Assembly (NCBI GenBank): GCA_016932855.1
Contig: JAFGCB010000029.1
Coordinates: 2,547-66,546, forward strand
Source: Candidatus Omnitrophota bacterium
Lineage (GTDB): Bacteria > Omnitrophota > Gorgyraeia > Duberdicusellales > Duberdicusellaceae
Direction of reading: 5' to 3'
Length of the DNA stretch: 64,000 bases
The position numbers and the translations under genes are program-made. Below the pieces are notes generated by a model, which had not been told where the DNA came from, searched no databases, and saw only the letters and a list, made by a program, of their open reading frames with translations. This document shows, piece by piece, positions 15,001 through 19,278 of this stretch (its first letter is position 1; the number at the start of each line of letters is the position of its first letter).

Positions 15001-15102
15001 GTCAGCATAGGCCTTGCTTTCCGGTAGAAAGCCCAGGGGTCCTATTTGGCTAAAGATAAAGACCTCGATTAAAAGGATAATAAGAGTCTTTTTCCTATTC
15101 AT
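1..15102 (-). CDS. Giant secreted/surface protein, >5034 aa, 3'-truncated by window edge (Kelch-like repeats, DUF2341 x4, LamG, 13 Ig-like PNGGE repeats, C-terminal helical region)
   Basis: ATG at 15102 preceded by AAAAAGGAG; MNRKKTLIILLIEVFIFSQIGPLGFLPESKAYA-DSFVQTDWSGG signal peptide. Frame is open where spot-translated and at base 1 (...DIRSIGATQDINLEKLYEVN). The ORF track lists no stop-terminated ORF in this frame, consistent with no internal stop. Confidence 0.95.
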   Translation of the reverse strand, partial: MNRKKTLIILLIEVFIFSQIGPLGFLPESKAYADSFVQTDWSGGTSANTASHPGDQTDWNEFSAKDDNVIATGTGQFGKALLTSDQFSIKDTVYEDYQGGTTENVQISGNPGEDASVVLQGGLEDPFVDNLGKWVSLNEVPTLDWYSDYERVVHTDSKVYIYAVWDKDILGRFSVDTQEWEFLAKMPGGTGAGASLAWPGAGPNEDYIFVTQGGSRRGFWRYSISADTWTVMANVPTYVRGGGNLTATTSKVFCTAGSSALFYEYDIGSDTWTPRENIYSNWTPTRQSTLVYPGTGNYIYLNRGYNSTNFCAYHITKQRWDFFKPPNADHGISDIFYPGTGDYIYGIQYAEYGRFSRYSISSETWEELPKLPIYSQRGFLYHPGGAGTELKYISVRNYTGGSLAFDTSTSEWNFLPHPQRTTNYRGAALAYDGTDYIYRTRGSSNNYLERYSITNNEWENLANAPFGIYHGADIAYLNGYVYATRGETAVNFARYNTSANSWETLSDTPAEVYWGGALVTVGNYIYAFRGNQSPDFWKYDPSTDTWSEVANPTIGPLTFSSQTALDDMTTGGAYTGEENLMRYRVQIDSEGTPDTFRWSDDNGSTWQATDIPITGASQDLNNGITVTFGATSGHTNSTRWNFNAFNMAPDTVYYGSCLAYPGFGDYIYAARGNSSDFWKYNISTGEWITEESPGVALKTPVPFYYSAKMKYPGSGDYLYFINGYTNNGCFVRYAFQGANEGTWEWLSQPPLVAATYCLSLEAVGNNVYLLNEDSYQLHTYTISTNEWTEKLEEYASSRFGYGSVVHAGGDTVYIFTGIFGRHAWKYSVSQDRFTGTIYTPFSMSFGTRATYPGSGDYIYLIEGSYTNHLWRYDIVNRTWTQLSNAETNEATPVLFTDGSQMSSSGDIIYLIAGHDPYYTESSWNRSVFMRYTISTDSWETSLDNPPSVEALPDAVTTSSPRGNRLRYVSSENTVFWKVGRNSNSFYAYRTDLDTWQPLTNSPYYCQNGTIYYHPDIGDGDSIYYFSGSGYFKFYRYDISEDAWYELSNPPFGHYTSPYDSDMFYPGTGDFIYLTDGYNQLFARYSISQDTWDLEVGFPYVHCHTIHYSSFCEGADGNTLYSGAYHTFYRYNLTDRTWTSLTSPWNSAPNWRWDNYGAQLIYPGQGSHLYATRGRNTSNFVRYSIPANEWDVLNTPSQPFGNGHQLVSTAQRIYALRGGNTTDFWSYNPVSGSWSTATATPAATNWGASLCYPGSGDYIYATRGNGTGAFWRYSLSSSQWEALASVPALLGGNSYMASSLVYPGAGDFIYLSQGSSYEYSCPTGTVFRYSMSQNTWEALDELCPQQFDGLSRIVYPGTGDYLYALHGDYKENISKFLVFKKGSFTSTVKEVGRNQGFDIVDWNSNVAASSFELRARTSGSESMADAQDWDDIEIRHKGDDLTLSYPAIVDGQAYIQYQLRFFADDINNLPELQDIDLNYTKYPAKQTLISSPYDTSTTANRITGLSWSETQPGGSDIRFQLRTAADEASLASASWVGPGGTQGFTHDFSLDTDYAYATSIEVASGVGRLKKLYQGFDYTQRIIFDNTSGANSYTNFVATIEIDSSNKDFWEHVKSDGSDVRFSDGQGNSLGYNIHDQGATFDYAAQYARIYIKIPFMPAGEETTIYLKYGNAAAVSESDAEVFPLYADFAGTTIDSDKFEFGGGNISQDEYLSLRNDTADGWDTYLITTEVFARENNLSFIAQFKADLGTRVMVGWHDAGSGASYTDLIYCLYFNNGELRVYEDGGNRGSVGSYTPGEWYDIKITLKNPGATYYYRLSGETEWIELYNSVYSSESPLKVGISHNDRDEMSHTDNWSIGFIDDFTGGGGTGSDIPYYFTLYEEHTTSPSLSGWEYHLDIEIDNTSGIELTNYPAKIELTPSHEGFWKRCRSDGYDIRFVDSDNITILDYTRTAFSYAAKTGTLYVEVPLIPEEQTKKIYLYYGKSDASNTSNYDNTLYKDFDETGFNVSGLLLDGVDDRAAVSSATSLDATSSITLEAQVKADIDYWPEGFSYRKKLTINNSAGPAYSYMTVEFTVPYQGEMNADYSDLRFWNAEHSQKLRYKINSSNPTEAEIWLVIPEIPANANKEIYMYYGNSSASSESDNTISEYEFNVDFSGTVIDSNKFLYGGGTVSQNEFISFNNDNTGWDCYLITKDTFNRAADKYFQFKFKTDSSATAMVGLHDSGTAAGYWDLVYCLYFTGNNIYIYEDGTSRGGVGSYTPGEWYDCKIVLKNQGAIYYYKLASSPTWIQAYDSSYSSETHLRGAVSHYSMNYQTHTDDWVILRTTISPSVNFGSQETETSTLKWLPGFSYRKIITLDNTGGSKYTNILGQFDVSFESGKMNADYSDLRFLDTDGTRLDHRITESSPTEATILVKIPVFPQNSTKKILMYYGNPNATFESESALSAYDGGIIQATGTNINVSLIGFTNPRVFASEQLPSDTYRSGGTATQNPFITNVSSSGFDLKLIESPSAGDDLIIPQNVAYLIFEEGIHTIGNMTVEVGTLEISGSGYQTVYTTTYFTSPPVVLAATQTDNNSLPMFTRVRNVGNNSFQVQIETTEDSNPTIANAETVAYAVISVETDTEAKIEAYRSGDEVDENFDRFNFSFTRNDVGVVAHMQSEDAGDPGYAIVRNTTSQDVEVAIEEPSPFDGTRGNETIGWVAFSPNTGVSFPTNFATEENQPAINDTIIGKSGAYELKFNEQGLSGLINGSNVISVLDAYQFGQLMHIAFTYDGANAKIFVDGLEKESVESIGTINTNSNNLIIGQGIKGFIDEARVWNMANSQALINEYKQRYLTGNESGLVCYLPFNENSGTDALDLTSNNNDAILENGAGWIDNPLSYTNGASSALYHMDEGGGFSSADSSGNNNHITLSGLNWDLEDLTGFPSGNSLEFDGVTSYAYRVDSPSLDTTKRISIEAWIKPSDNVSTQTLVVKGNDAAPRYNYRLLQDGNNISFIFYNGEEYNFTPSSGFISAGNTYHIVATYDQEEGLVKIYSNGQLRYSSECTVNMLPNDDNLQIGKEISGAFAYYGLIDDVRIYRRALSPEEILHHYQHRSHYVNAPLELNIYEVEGTQDIAAYAVNNPVIQPVFGVFYENSRIADFQEIANIPHNTGIKYQISADGYRWYWWDGDSWEEVELGYDNANLAATVNSNISSFQDLYPSGDFYYRVYLHTEPGTFMTPSLDNIMVTLLTGETFYIDPSGSISINSLHSDASSDRWVQYKAILYSDGEETPLLDDITIEYIEARIDITYPNGGEDLNVGQDVEVTWTSQGIDGATGLVKIEYSADGGSIYQTVEENVDDDGSYTWEIPDDPAQNALIKISSEDFPTVSDTSNDTFRILSLEVTSPNGGEIWEEGKTHNILWSAPGSIPGNVVKIDFSTDGGGNWTSIVNPTPNDSEHPWGIPSDTESETVLVQISNSNNPEITDTSDAVFHIVPTPEITITSPQGGEEWTLGTEHAISWEANQLQFSDEVILEYSKDNFASDVHTIAQVSIGTPQGANPNDDIVGSHPWNLPDDPSATVRVRIREVDIPVGRDTQFTVSKISEEFSIMEPSIAITSPVSSTETIWVVGDTNDITWETEGNVSDNLYIEYSTDDGQNWNEIATGEDNDATYSWNIPAQASENNVLVKISDLDRPSVSDTKTVKILSEPEITVTYPNGGETFTIGTFETITWISYGNILESGGADYNKINIYYSDDNGQNWVLAAYNIANSKSHSWEVADAETTQALIKVEDENNTSYSDTSDAIFSISIPTITIEFPNGGEAFYATGSYDITWSTVGAVSDNLTLQYSTNGGGSWTDIDAGVDDTGSYTWLSVTDSITSNALIRMIDADRPSVIDVSDAPFSIIEPTITVTTPNGGEEWAEGTVHEVSWTSMGYDFGAIRDNLTLQYSSNGGSNWTDISTGEANDGYYTWTIPGAISTDCYVQIFDATRQATQDETDEAFSITLPFVEVLKPNGGESWIIGTTHQIEWRTVGAVSDDLQIEYSKDNFSTSDIIFDGVIAQPNYEWTIPDDFSATVKVRITDNTESLITDDSDAVFSIVNPVLTVTAPNGGELWTVGDTENITWTNTGSVGDDLLIEYSKDNFASNIITIAANLTPNNGNHPWQLPIDPTATARVRITDNTRPAVWDKSNAGFTILPIPQLQILTPNGSEVWRVGSEEDITWSDNGGLVSNNLTLEYSTNAGSDWTEIATGVSNGGLYAWGIPDQVSASCLVRITDASRPSNTDESDDIFQIADPLITITSPDSSTVWAVDDRASIIWTTEGTVSDNLVLQYSPDGGANYYTAISADTGLEAIGVPNSGSFNWLVADYITSNAKFKIIDGNRPATVGLSSGVFKIIAIPRFVITSPAGGESYVLENTLNITWTCEGLDISDNLLIESSNNNFVSSQVIISGEANDGNYSWSIPQNSLTGSTMKVRITDGSRTEVTGASPGYFTIKGGFELITPNGAEIWVAKSAHTVTWQTRGNIDSAKLEYTLDDGLNWNLISASVDANLNSYTWTLPDIVSDTVKLRISNAVDFNASIPDTSENDFRIVYVPVHFKVLDFDTMSHLDDLEVTEPATSWHDTGLISPDNLIREIPGYAYATYTTFFSKTNYIDNSVTWSPPKEYVGIITPYVITCYLENTASAQVSWEAILTYSFAPATDTLAAVGSLQRKGKLVGTRPEERESMGAATLTIYEPDGETVRNTLTAFQPNDSGFYTFTLANTTFAAGYVYPATLSIFYRDQSYTSSANIDVGSEILQYEFFTQTATKLASSVEQIKDAVAIGLGQTKQDIENDIASSAASIKSHTSSILSTVEESLTQTVEEAKDVAETAMKSEILNRENTVKSGEELVIRYRTYSGLVPSIDLYDAENAQQIVKGTMAEIGTTGIYEYLVKFDTKWGRGDFTIVCSEAIKGTLDALIMTVISSDIDSIAGQVASIMGTTSSLDDFKGVAETMTAQFAVVESALASISRDIVNQVTSAVESTTNLDSVYSQLVNMSKDIRSIGATQDINLEKLYEVN
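1420..5270 (-). repeat. 13 tandem ~100-aa Ig-like repeats within the giant gene
   Basis: Recurring (I/V)TxPNGGExWxxGxxxxITW...EYSxDxGxxW...DxSDxxF motif about every 300 nt (near 5240, 4950, 4660, 4320, 4030, 3725, 3435, 3135, 2850, 2560, 2275, 1960, 1670). Confidence 0.85.
10990..14700 (-). repeat. Kelch-like beta-propeller repeat region of the giant gene
   Basis: Recurring YPGSGDYIYAxRG...FWRYSISxxxW units about every 45-50 aa. Confidence 0.8.
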
Positions 15103-15234
15103 CTTGACCGCTCCTTTTTATTTACCGCTGCTGTTACCGGCAGCGGCAAGAATATAAATCCTTTATTACTTAAAAGATATACCTTAATAAGTTCCCAAAG
15201 TCTCTCGTTCTGTAATAAAACGTTAATAATTTTT

Positions 15235-15265
15235 GCGTACTGCTTACCGCGTACTGCGTACTGAG
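15235..15265. repeat. Short GCGTACT heptamer tandem repeat
   Basis: gcgtact-gcttacc-gcgtact-gcgtact just beyond the stop of the HUH gene. Confidence 0.6.
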
Positions 15266-15271
15266 AGTATT

Positions 15272-16252
15272 TCATTTGCCTAATTTGCCCTCCAGTTCCT
15301 TTACTTTCTGTTTTTCCGCTTCCAGCCTTTTGGACATAGCCTCATATGAGACCATATTAGCCCGGTATAATTCGTCCAAGCCCCGCTTTATTCTTTCTTT
15401 TTCGGTTGTTAATTTTTTACTGTATTCTTTTTCCTGTTTTTGAGAAAGGTCGGTAAACTCGCCTTTTAAGTGGCGGTTTGTCCCCATAAGGGCTATATTT
15501 ACCAGGCCCAGTATTGCAATAGCCAGAGTCCCGGCCAGCACGAACTTTTTATTTACTTCCGGAGAAAGTAACTGGGGCTTTTGTTTAGACTCGGCTATTT
15601 TTCTTTTTATCTTGTCTTTAAAAGCATCGCTTCCCAGCAGCCTGGCGCTCTTTATTTTCTTGACCAGATTATCGAACTCTTTCTGAGGAGGGTTTTCAAA
15701 GAATTGCTTGTAGTCTTGAGCCGGTGAAATTTCGCTAAGAGCAATTTCTACTTCCTTAATTTCCTCGTTTATGTCAGGTTCATTAAAGCCTTCGTTTTCA
15801 AGGCTTTCATCCTTTAAGTATAGGGGAAGGCTTGTGTATTTGTAGTCTTTCGCCTCAGAGCTTAAGCCCAGGTGATAGGGGTTGCGGTGAATATAGGCAG
15901 TCATATAGGCCAAGTAAGATTTCTTCTCTACCAGAACCATCCGGAAGCGTTCCTGCAGGAGGTGGCCGCCTCTGTTATAGCGGCTGTTAAAGTATTTGAT
16001 GTAGGTGTTGTTTATATCGTGCATAATATCGGATATAGTTACCCCGCTGGTTAGCTCGATTAAAAGGTGAAGGTGGTTGCAGAGAAGGCTAAAGGAAAAC
16101 AATTTAAACCCGTATTGCTCCTTATATTTTTTCAAGAGCCCGATATAGGTTTTAAAGTCTTCTTTGTCCTTAAAGATAGTCTGGTTATTGTCTCCCCGGG
16201 TTGTTATGTAATAGAGTTCTTCTTCAACATGAATACGCGGCAGTCTAGGCAT
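15272..16252 (-). CDS. HUH/Y1 (RAYT/IS200-like TnpA) nuclease domain fused to C-terminal TM helix and coiled coil
   Basis: Likely start MPRLPR at 16252 with AAGGAGG RBS (track starts 16312). Motifs YITTRGDNNQTIF, NHLHLL (HUH), GHLLQERF, YIHRNP (catalytic Tyr), then hydrophobic FVLAGTLAIAILGLVNIALM and a K/E-rich coil. Confidence 0.9.
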   Translation of the reverse strand: MPRLPRIHVEEELYYITTRGDNNQTIFKDKEDFKTYIGLLKKYKEQYGFKLFSFSLLCNHLHLLIELTSGVTISDIMHDINNTYIKYFNSRYNRGGHLLQERFRMVLVEKKSYLAYMTAYIHRNPYHLGLSSEAKDYKYTSLPLYLKDESLENEGFNEPDINEEIKEVEIALSEISPAQDYKQFFENPPQKEFDNLVKKIKSARLLGSDAFKDKIKRKIAESKQKPQLLSPEVNKKFVLAGTLAIAILGLVNIALMGTNRHLKGEFTDLSQKQEKEYSKKLTTEKERIKRGLDELYRANMVSYEAMSKRLEAEKQKVKELEGKLGK

Positions 16253-16310
16253 ACTTCCTCCTTGGCTTGGCCTCGCAGCAGGAGCGTGCGTGGCACTTTT
16301 TGGAATTTTC

Positions 16311-16342
16311 AAAAAAAAATCCCAGGATGCTGTTTCCTGGGA
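16311..16342 (-). terminator. Intrinsic terminator, expression platform of the riboswitch
   Basis: TCCCAGGA-AACAGCA-TCCTGGGA followed by T9 on the minus strand, between aptamer and HUH gene RBS. Confidence 0.85.
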
Positions 16343-16359
16343 AATAAATACATTTTAGA

Positions 16360-16445
16360 ATTTTCGGTAGCTTGACCATCCTTATCCTTTCAAGGACTCA
16401 CAGCTTTGCGCCCCCCGGTTACCCGGGGTTTGCCCTTTCGAATCC
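16360..16445 (-). ncRNA. c-di-GMP-I (GEMM) riboswitch
   Basis: TTCGAAAGGGCAAACCCCGG-GTAA-CCGGGGGGCGCAAAGCT...AAGGATGGTCAAGCTACCGAA: GGGCAAA, GNRA-capped P2, GCGCAAAGC, CTACCG and P1 TTCG/CGAA match the class consensus. Confidence 0.92.
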
Positions 16446-16465
16446 TACCTTTTTGTCACAATTAA

Positions 16466-16494
16466 AGTCTACACTTATTACTTTTATATTTCAA
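16466..16494 (-). promoter_or_regulatory. Sigma70-type promoter for the riboswitch transcript
   Basis: TTGAAA-N17-TAGACT about 20 nt upstream of the aptamer. Confidence 0.6.
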
Positions 16495-16656
16495 GGGTGC
16501 GTGGCACTTTCTATCAAATCAACCTATTTAAAAAGTATTATAAATAAAGAACTTTTGGGTGGGTCTAAAAAAAAAGGCGAAAAAAGCGGCAAAAAAACAA
16601 AAAATATTCTCAAAACCGGCTTTTTGTAGATTCCAAGGTAAATGCTTTAAACAAAC

Positions 16657-16737
16657 CTACGAATTTACTAATCTTTACGAATATACGAATGGGCTATTCG
16701 TAAAAAATTCGTAATGCAGATTCGTAATGATTAGTAG
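16657..16737. repeat. Foldback element of octamer units (TACGAAT x4 / ATTCGTA x4)
   Basis: CTACGAAT TTACTAAT..TTACGAAT ATACGAAT then ATTCGTAA x3 and ATTAGTAG. Confidence 0.75.
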
Positions 16738-16744
16738 CTGGGGT

Positions 16745-17137
16745 CTAGGATCCGTTATTCAGTTCTTCCTGGAGTTCTTGTTTTCTCTTCTTTTCCTGCT
16801 CAAGCCGGTCAGCCATGCTTTCATAGGAGCGCATGCTTTCGTTGTACACGGCTTCGAGCCCTTCTTTTATTATTTCTTTTTCCCGGTAAAGTCTTTTATT
16901 GAATGCCTCTTTTTTAATTTCCGAGAGGCTGTTAATGGATTTTTTTAAGGAGAGGTTGCTTAAGATAAGATATACGGTAAGTGCGGCAAGCAAAACAACC
17001 CCTATTAATAAGCCGATGATTTTTGACAAGATTTTTTTAGTTTTATTTTCCAGCCGTTGATAGAAGCGGCTAGAATTTATCAATTGGTTTATAGCTGTAG
17101 TAGAGAAGCTCTGAGTCGTCTTTTGTTTCAAAGACAT
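16745..17137 (-). CDS. Single-TM coiled-coil protein paralogous to the C-terminus of the HUH protein
   Basis: TM IIGLLIGVVLLAALTVYLIL; gapless 62-aa alignment with the HUH tail gives 27 identities by hand count. Start uncertain. Confidence 0.8.
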   Translation of the reverse strand: MSLKQKTTQSFSTTAINQLINSSRFYQRLENKTKKILSKIIGLLIGVVLLAALTVYLILSNLSLKKSINSLSEIKKEAFNKRLYREKEIIKEGLEAVYNESMRSYESMADRLEQEKKRKQELQEELNNGS

Positions 17138-17250
17138 TGAATCCTGCCGTTAAGCACTTTTTATATATTTCAAGAGTTTGGGGATTGGGCTTGAGCCTTG
17201 GAATGCTGGATTTTTCAATATTGTCTTTCTCCACTTTTTGTTTTCCTTTC

Positions 17251-17964
17251 CTAGTAAGTTAGTTCTTTTATTAAGGCTTTAACTTCGTTACTGTCTTCGG
17301 CCTGAGGCTTAAGCTCAAGGTACTTTTCGTAATGAAGCGCGGCTTTTTCAGAATTTTCCTCGTAGTCTTGATATAAAAGGCCTAAATTATAATGAGCTTC
17401 GGGATTATCAGGGTTAGCCTCAAGCGACTTTTCGTAAGCTTCAATGGCCTGGGCGTAGAATTCAGCTTCTGTATAGGCTACGCCTAGGTTGTATTGATAA
17501 AGGGCTCTTTCCTGGAGAATTTTCTGTTTTAAGTTCTTAATTTCATTTTCCAGGGATTCTTTTTCTTTTAATGCATTACCCTTTTGAACGGGGCCGGTCA
17601 GGCCAAGGCGCTCTTTGGTTTCGTATTGTCTTAACTTATCGTTTAAGGCTTTTATTTCACTGTTTTTTTTCCTAATAAGAGCTTCTTTTTCAGTAAGCTT
17701 GCTTTGAAGATTTTCTTGAGTGGTTTGAAGCTTGGTAGTAAGCCCGAGGTATGATGTTGAGTCCGCTTCAAGGCGTTCTTTTTCTTTTACCGCTTTTCCT
17801 TTTTCAAGACTAAGAAGCTCTATCTGTTGCTTGAGATTTTCGACTAAATCATTGTTTTGTGCAAGTCTTTTTTGGGAATTGGCGGCTTTTGAGGAGATAA
17901 AAATTACTATAATAAGAAGGGTAAAGGCAATGGCAGACGGGATAATAACTTTTAGCTCTTTCAT
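17251..17964 (-). CDS. Membrane-anchored coiled-coil/TPR protein
   Basis: N-terminal hydrophobic helix, coiled coil, C-terminal TPRs ([29 protein letters not shown]). Confidence 0.9.
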   Translation of the reverse strand: MKELKVIIPSAIAFTLLIIVIFISSKAANSQKRLAQNNDLVENLKQQIELLSLEKGKAVKEKERLEADSTSYLGLTTKLQTTQENLQSKLTEKEALIRKKNSEIKALNDKLRQYETKERLGLTGPVQKGNALKEKESLENEIKNLKQKILQERALYQYNLGVAYTEAEFYAQAIEAYEKSLEANPDNPEAHYNLGLLYQDYEENSEKAALHYEKYLELKPQAEDSNEVKALIKELTY

Positions 17965-17980
17965 TTTAAAACTTAGGGAT

Positions 17981-19276
17981 TTAATGGGAGAGCATATCTA
18001 TCAGATATTCTATTTCTTGTTTATCCTTTACGCTGTCGGTAAGCTTAAGGGATTTACGGAAATGTTTAAGAGCTTCTTTGTTGTTGTTTTGAGAATGTTG
18101 GTATAAAAGGCCGAGATTATAATGTATCTTGGAATTTTCCGGATCGGTCTCCAGGGATTTATTAAACGATTCTATTGCCAGGCCAAAGAGTTTTGCCTGG
18201 GTATAAATTGTACCCAGTTCTTCATAGAGGCGGGAGCGTTCCTTTTTAAAAGTATTCTCAAGCGCGGCGACTTTTCTTTTAAGATGTTCATTTTCTTTGA
18301 TAAGTTTTTGGCTTTCTCTCGCCAGCTTAAAAGCCTCCTTCTGTAGTTTGTTTATTTGTTTTTGTTCCTGCCCGGAAGAGGCTGGCTTGCTATCGGTTTT
18401 CCGGTTTTCTTTAATTTGCTTGTTTTTTTCTGCAAGAACTGCTTTATCCCGGGTTAAATTATCGATTTTTTCTTCGAGGATCTTTACTTGTTCCTTGTAT
18501 TGTTCAGATTCTTTAAGTTTACTTTCAAGGGCTCTTTCCCGGTCTTCAAGAGCTTTTAATTCGCCCGAAAAATCACCTTCTTGAAGGGCGCTTATAAGAG
18601 TCAGGTTTTGTTCTTCCAGGGTTTGAATTTTTTCTTTAAGGCTTGTATTTTCAGCGCCAAGGTTTTCTTTTAATCTTTTTACCGTTTCTTCATATTCTTT
18701 AAGCTTTTCTAACTGAGCCTTTGAAGATTCACCTTTATCTTCCAGCCGGGCTTTAACATTTAAGGCCTGCTTCAGCTCTTCTTTTAACTCCAGGTTTTTT
18801 TGGCTTAAGGTTTCTATGCGCTGCTGGTAAGACAGCTCTTTCTTGCTGTCCTGAGCATTTTTTTCTTTGAGGGTCTTTTCAAAAAGGCCGACCTCTTTTT
18901 TTAAGAGTTGGTTTTCTTTAGAGAACCGGGCGTGCTCTTCAATGATATTTTCCAGCTTTTTCTCTAAGGCGGCTGCCTTTTCTTCCCGGGCTTCCACCAC
19001 GGCTAATCTAGTTTCAAGAAGGCCTTGCTTTTCTTTGATAGCCTCTAATTTTTTTTCCGATTCAGCTTTGAGCAATTGAACGCTTTGCAGCTGCTGTTTT
19101 AATTCAGCGCTTTGCTGTTTTAATTTATTAATGTCGATTTCACCCAGTATTTTATCTATGGTGTCGGATAATTCTTTTGCTTCGGTTTCGGCATTTTCAG
19201 CCCAAGCTTTAGACCCCGGGTCTATAGACAAGCAAGCAGCGAATATAAATACAAAAATTAAAATTTTGTTTTTCAT
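17981..19276 (-). CDS. Secreted long coiled-coil protein with C-terminal TPRs
   Basis: Signal peptide, ~300-aa K/E-rich coil, [11 protein letters not shown]. Confidence 0.9.
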   Translation of the reverse strand: MKNKILIFVFIFAACLSIDPGSKAWAENAETEAKELSDTIDKILGEIDINKLKQQSAELKQQLQSVQLLKAESEKKLEAIKEKQGLLETRLAVVEAREEKAAALEKKLENIIEEHARFSKENQLLKKEVGLFEKTLKEKNAQDSKKELSYQQRIETLSQKNLELKEELKQALNVKARLEDKGESSKAQLEKLKEYEETVKRLKENLGAENTSLKEKIQTLEEQNLTLISALQEGDFSGELKALEDRERALESKLKESEQYKEQVKILEEKIDNLTRDKAVLAEKNKQIKENRKTDSKPASSGQEQKQINKLQKEAFKLARESQKLIKENEHLKRKVAALENTFKKERSRLYEELGTIYTQAKLFGLAIESFNKSLETDPENSKIHYNLGLLYQHSQNNNKEALKHFRKSLKLTDSVKDKQEIEYLIDMLSH

Positions 19277-19278
19277 GT

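Larger units (their letters stand above)
16286..16510. repeat. Two identical 14-bp REP-like mini-hairpins GTGCGTGGCACTTT (16286-16299, 16497-16510)
   Basis: Exact direct repeat with internal GTGC/GCAC stem, bracketing promoter, riboswitch and terminator. Confidence 0.65.

Noticed and set aside
15272-16312. Active IS200/IS605 insertion sequence
   Set aside because: No TnpB or clear IS ends; the protein has a TM/coil tail and sits behind a host riboswitch.
16291-16515. Sigma54 promoters at the TGGCAC motifs
   Set aside because: No TTGC at the -12 position in either copy.
16372-16629. 85-aa plus-strand ORF
   Set aside because: Overlaps the riboswitch and promoter on the opposite strand; low-complexity translation.
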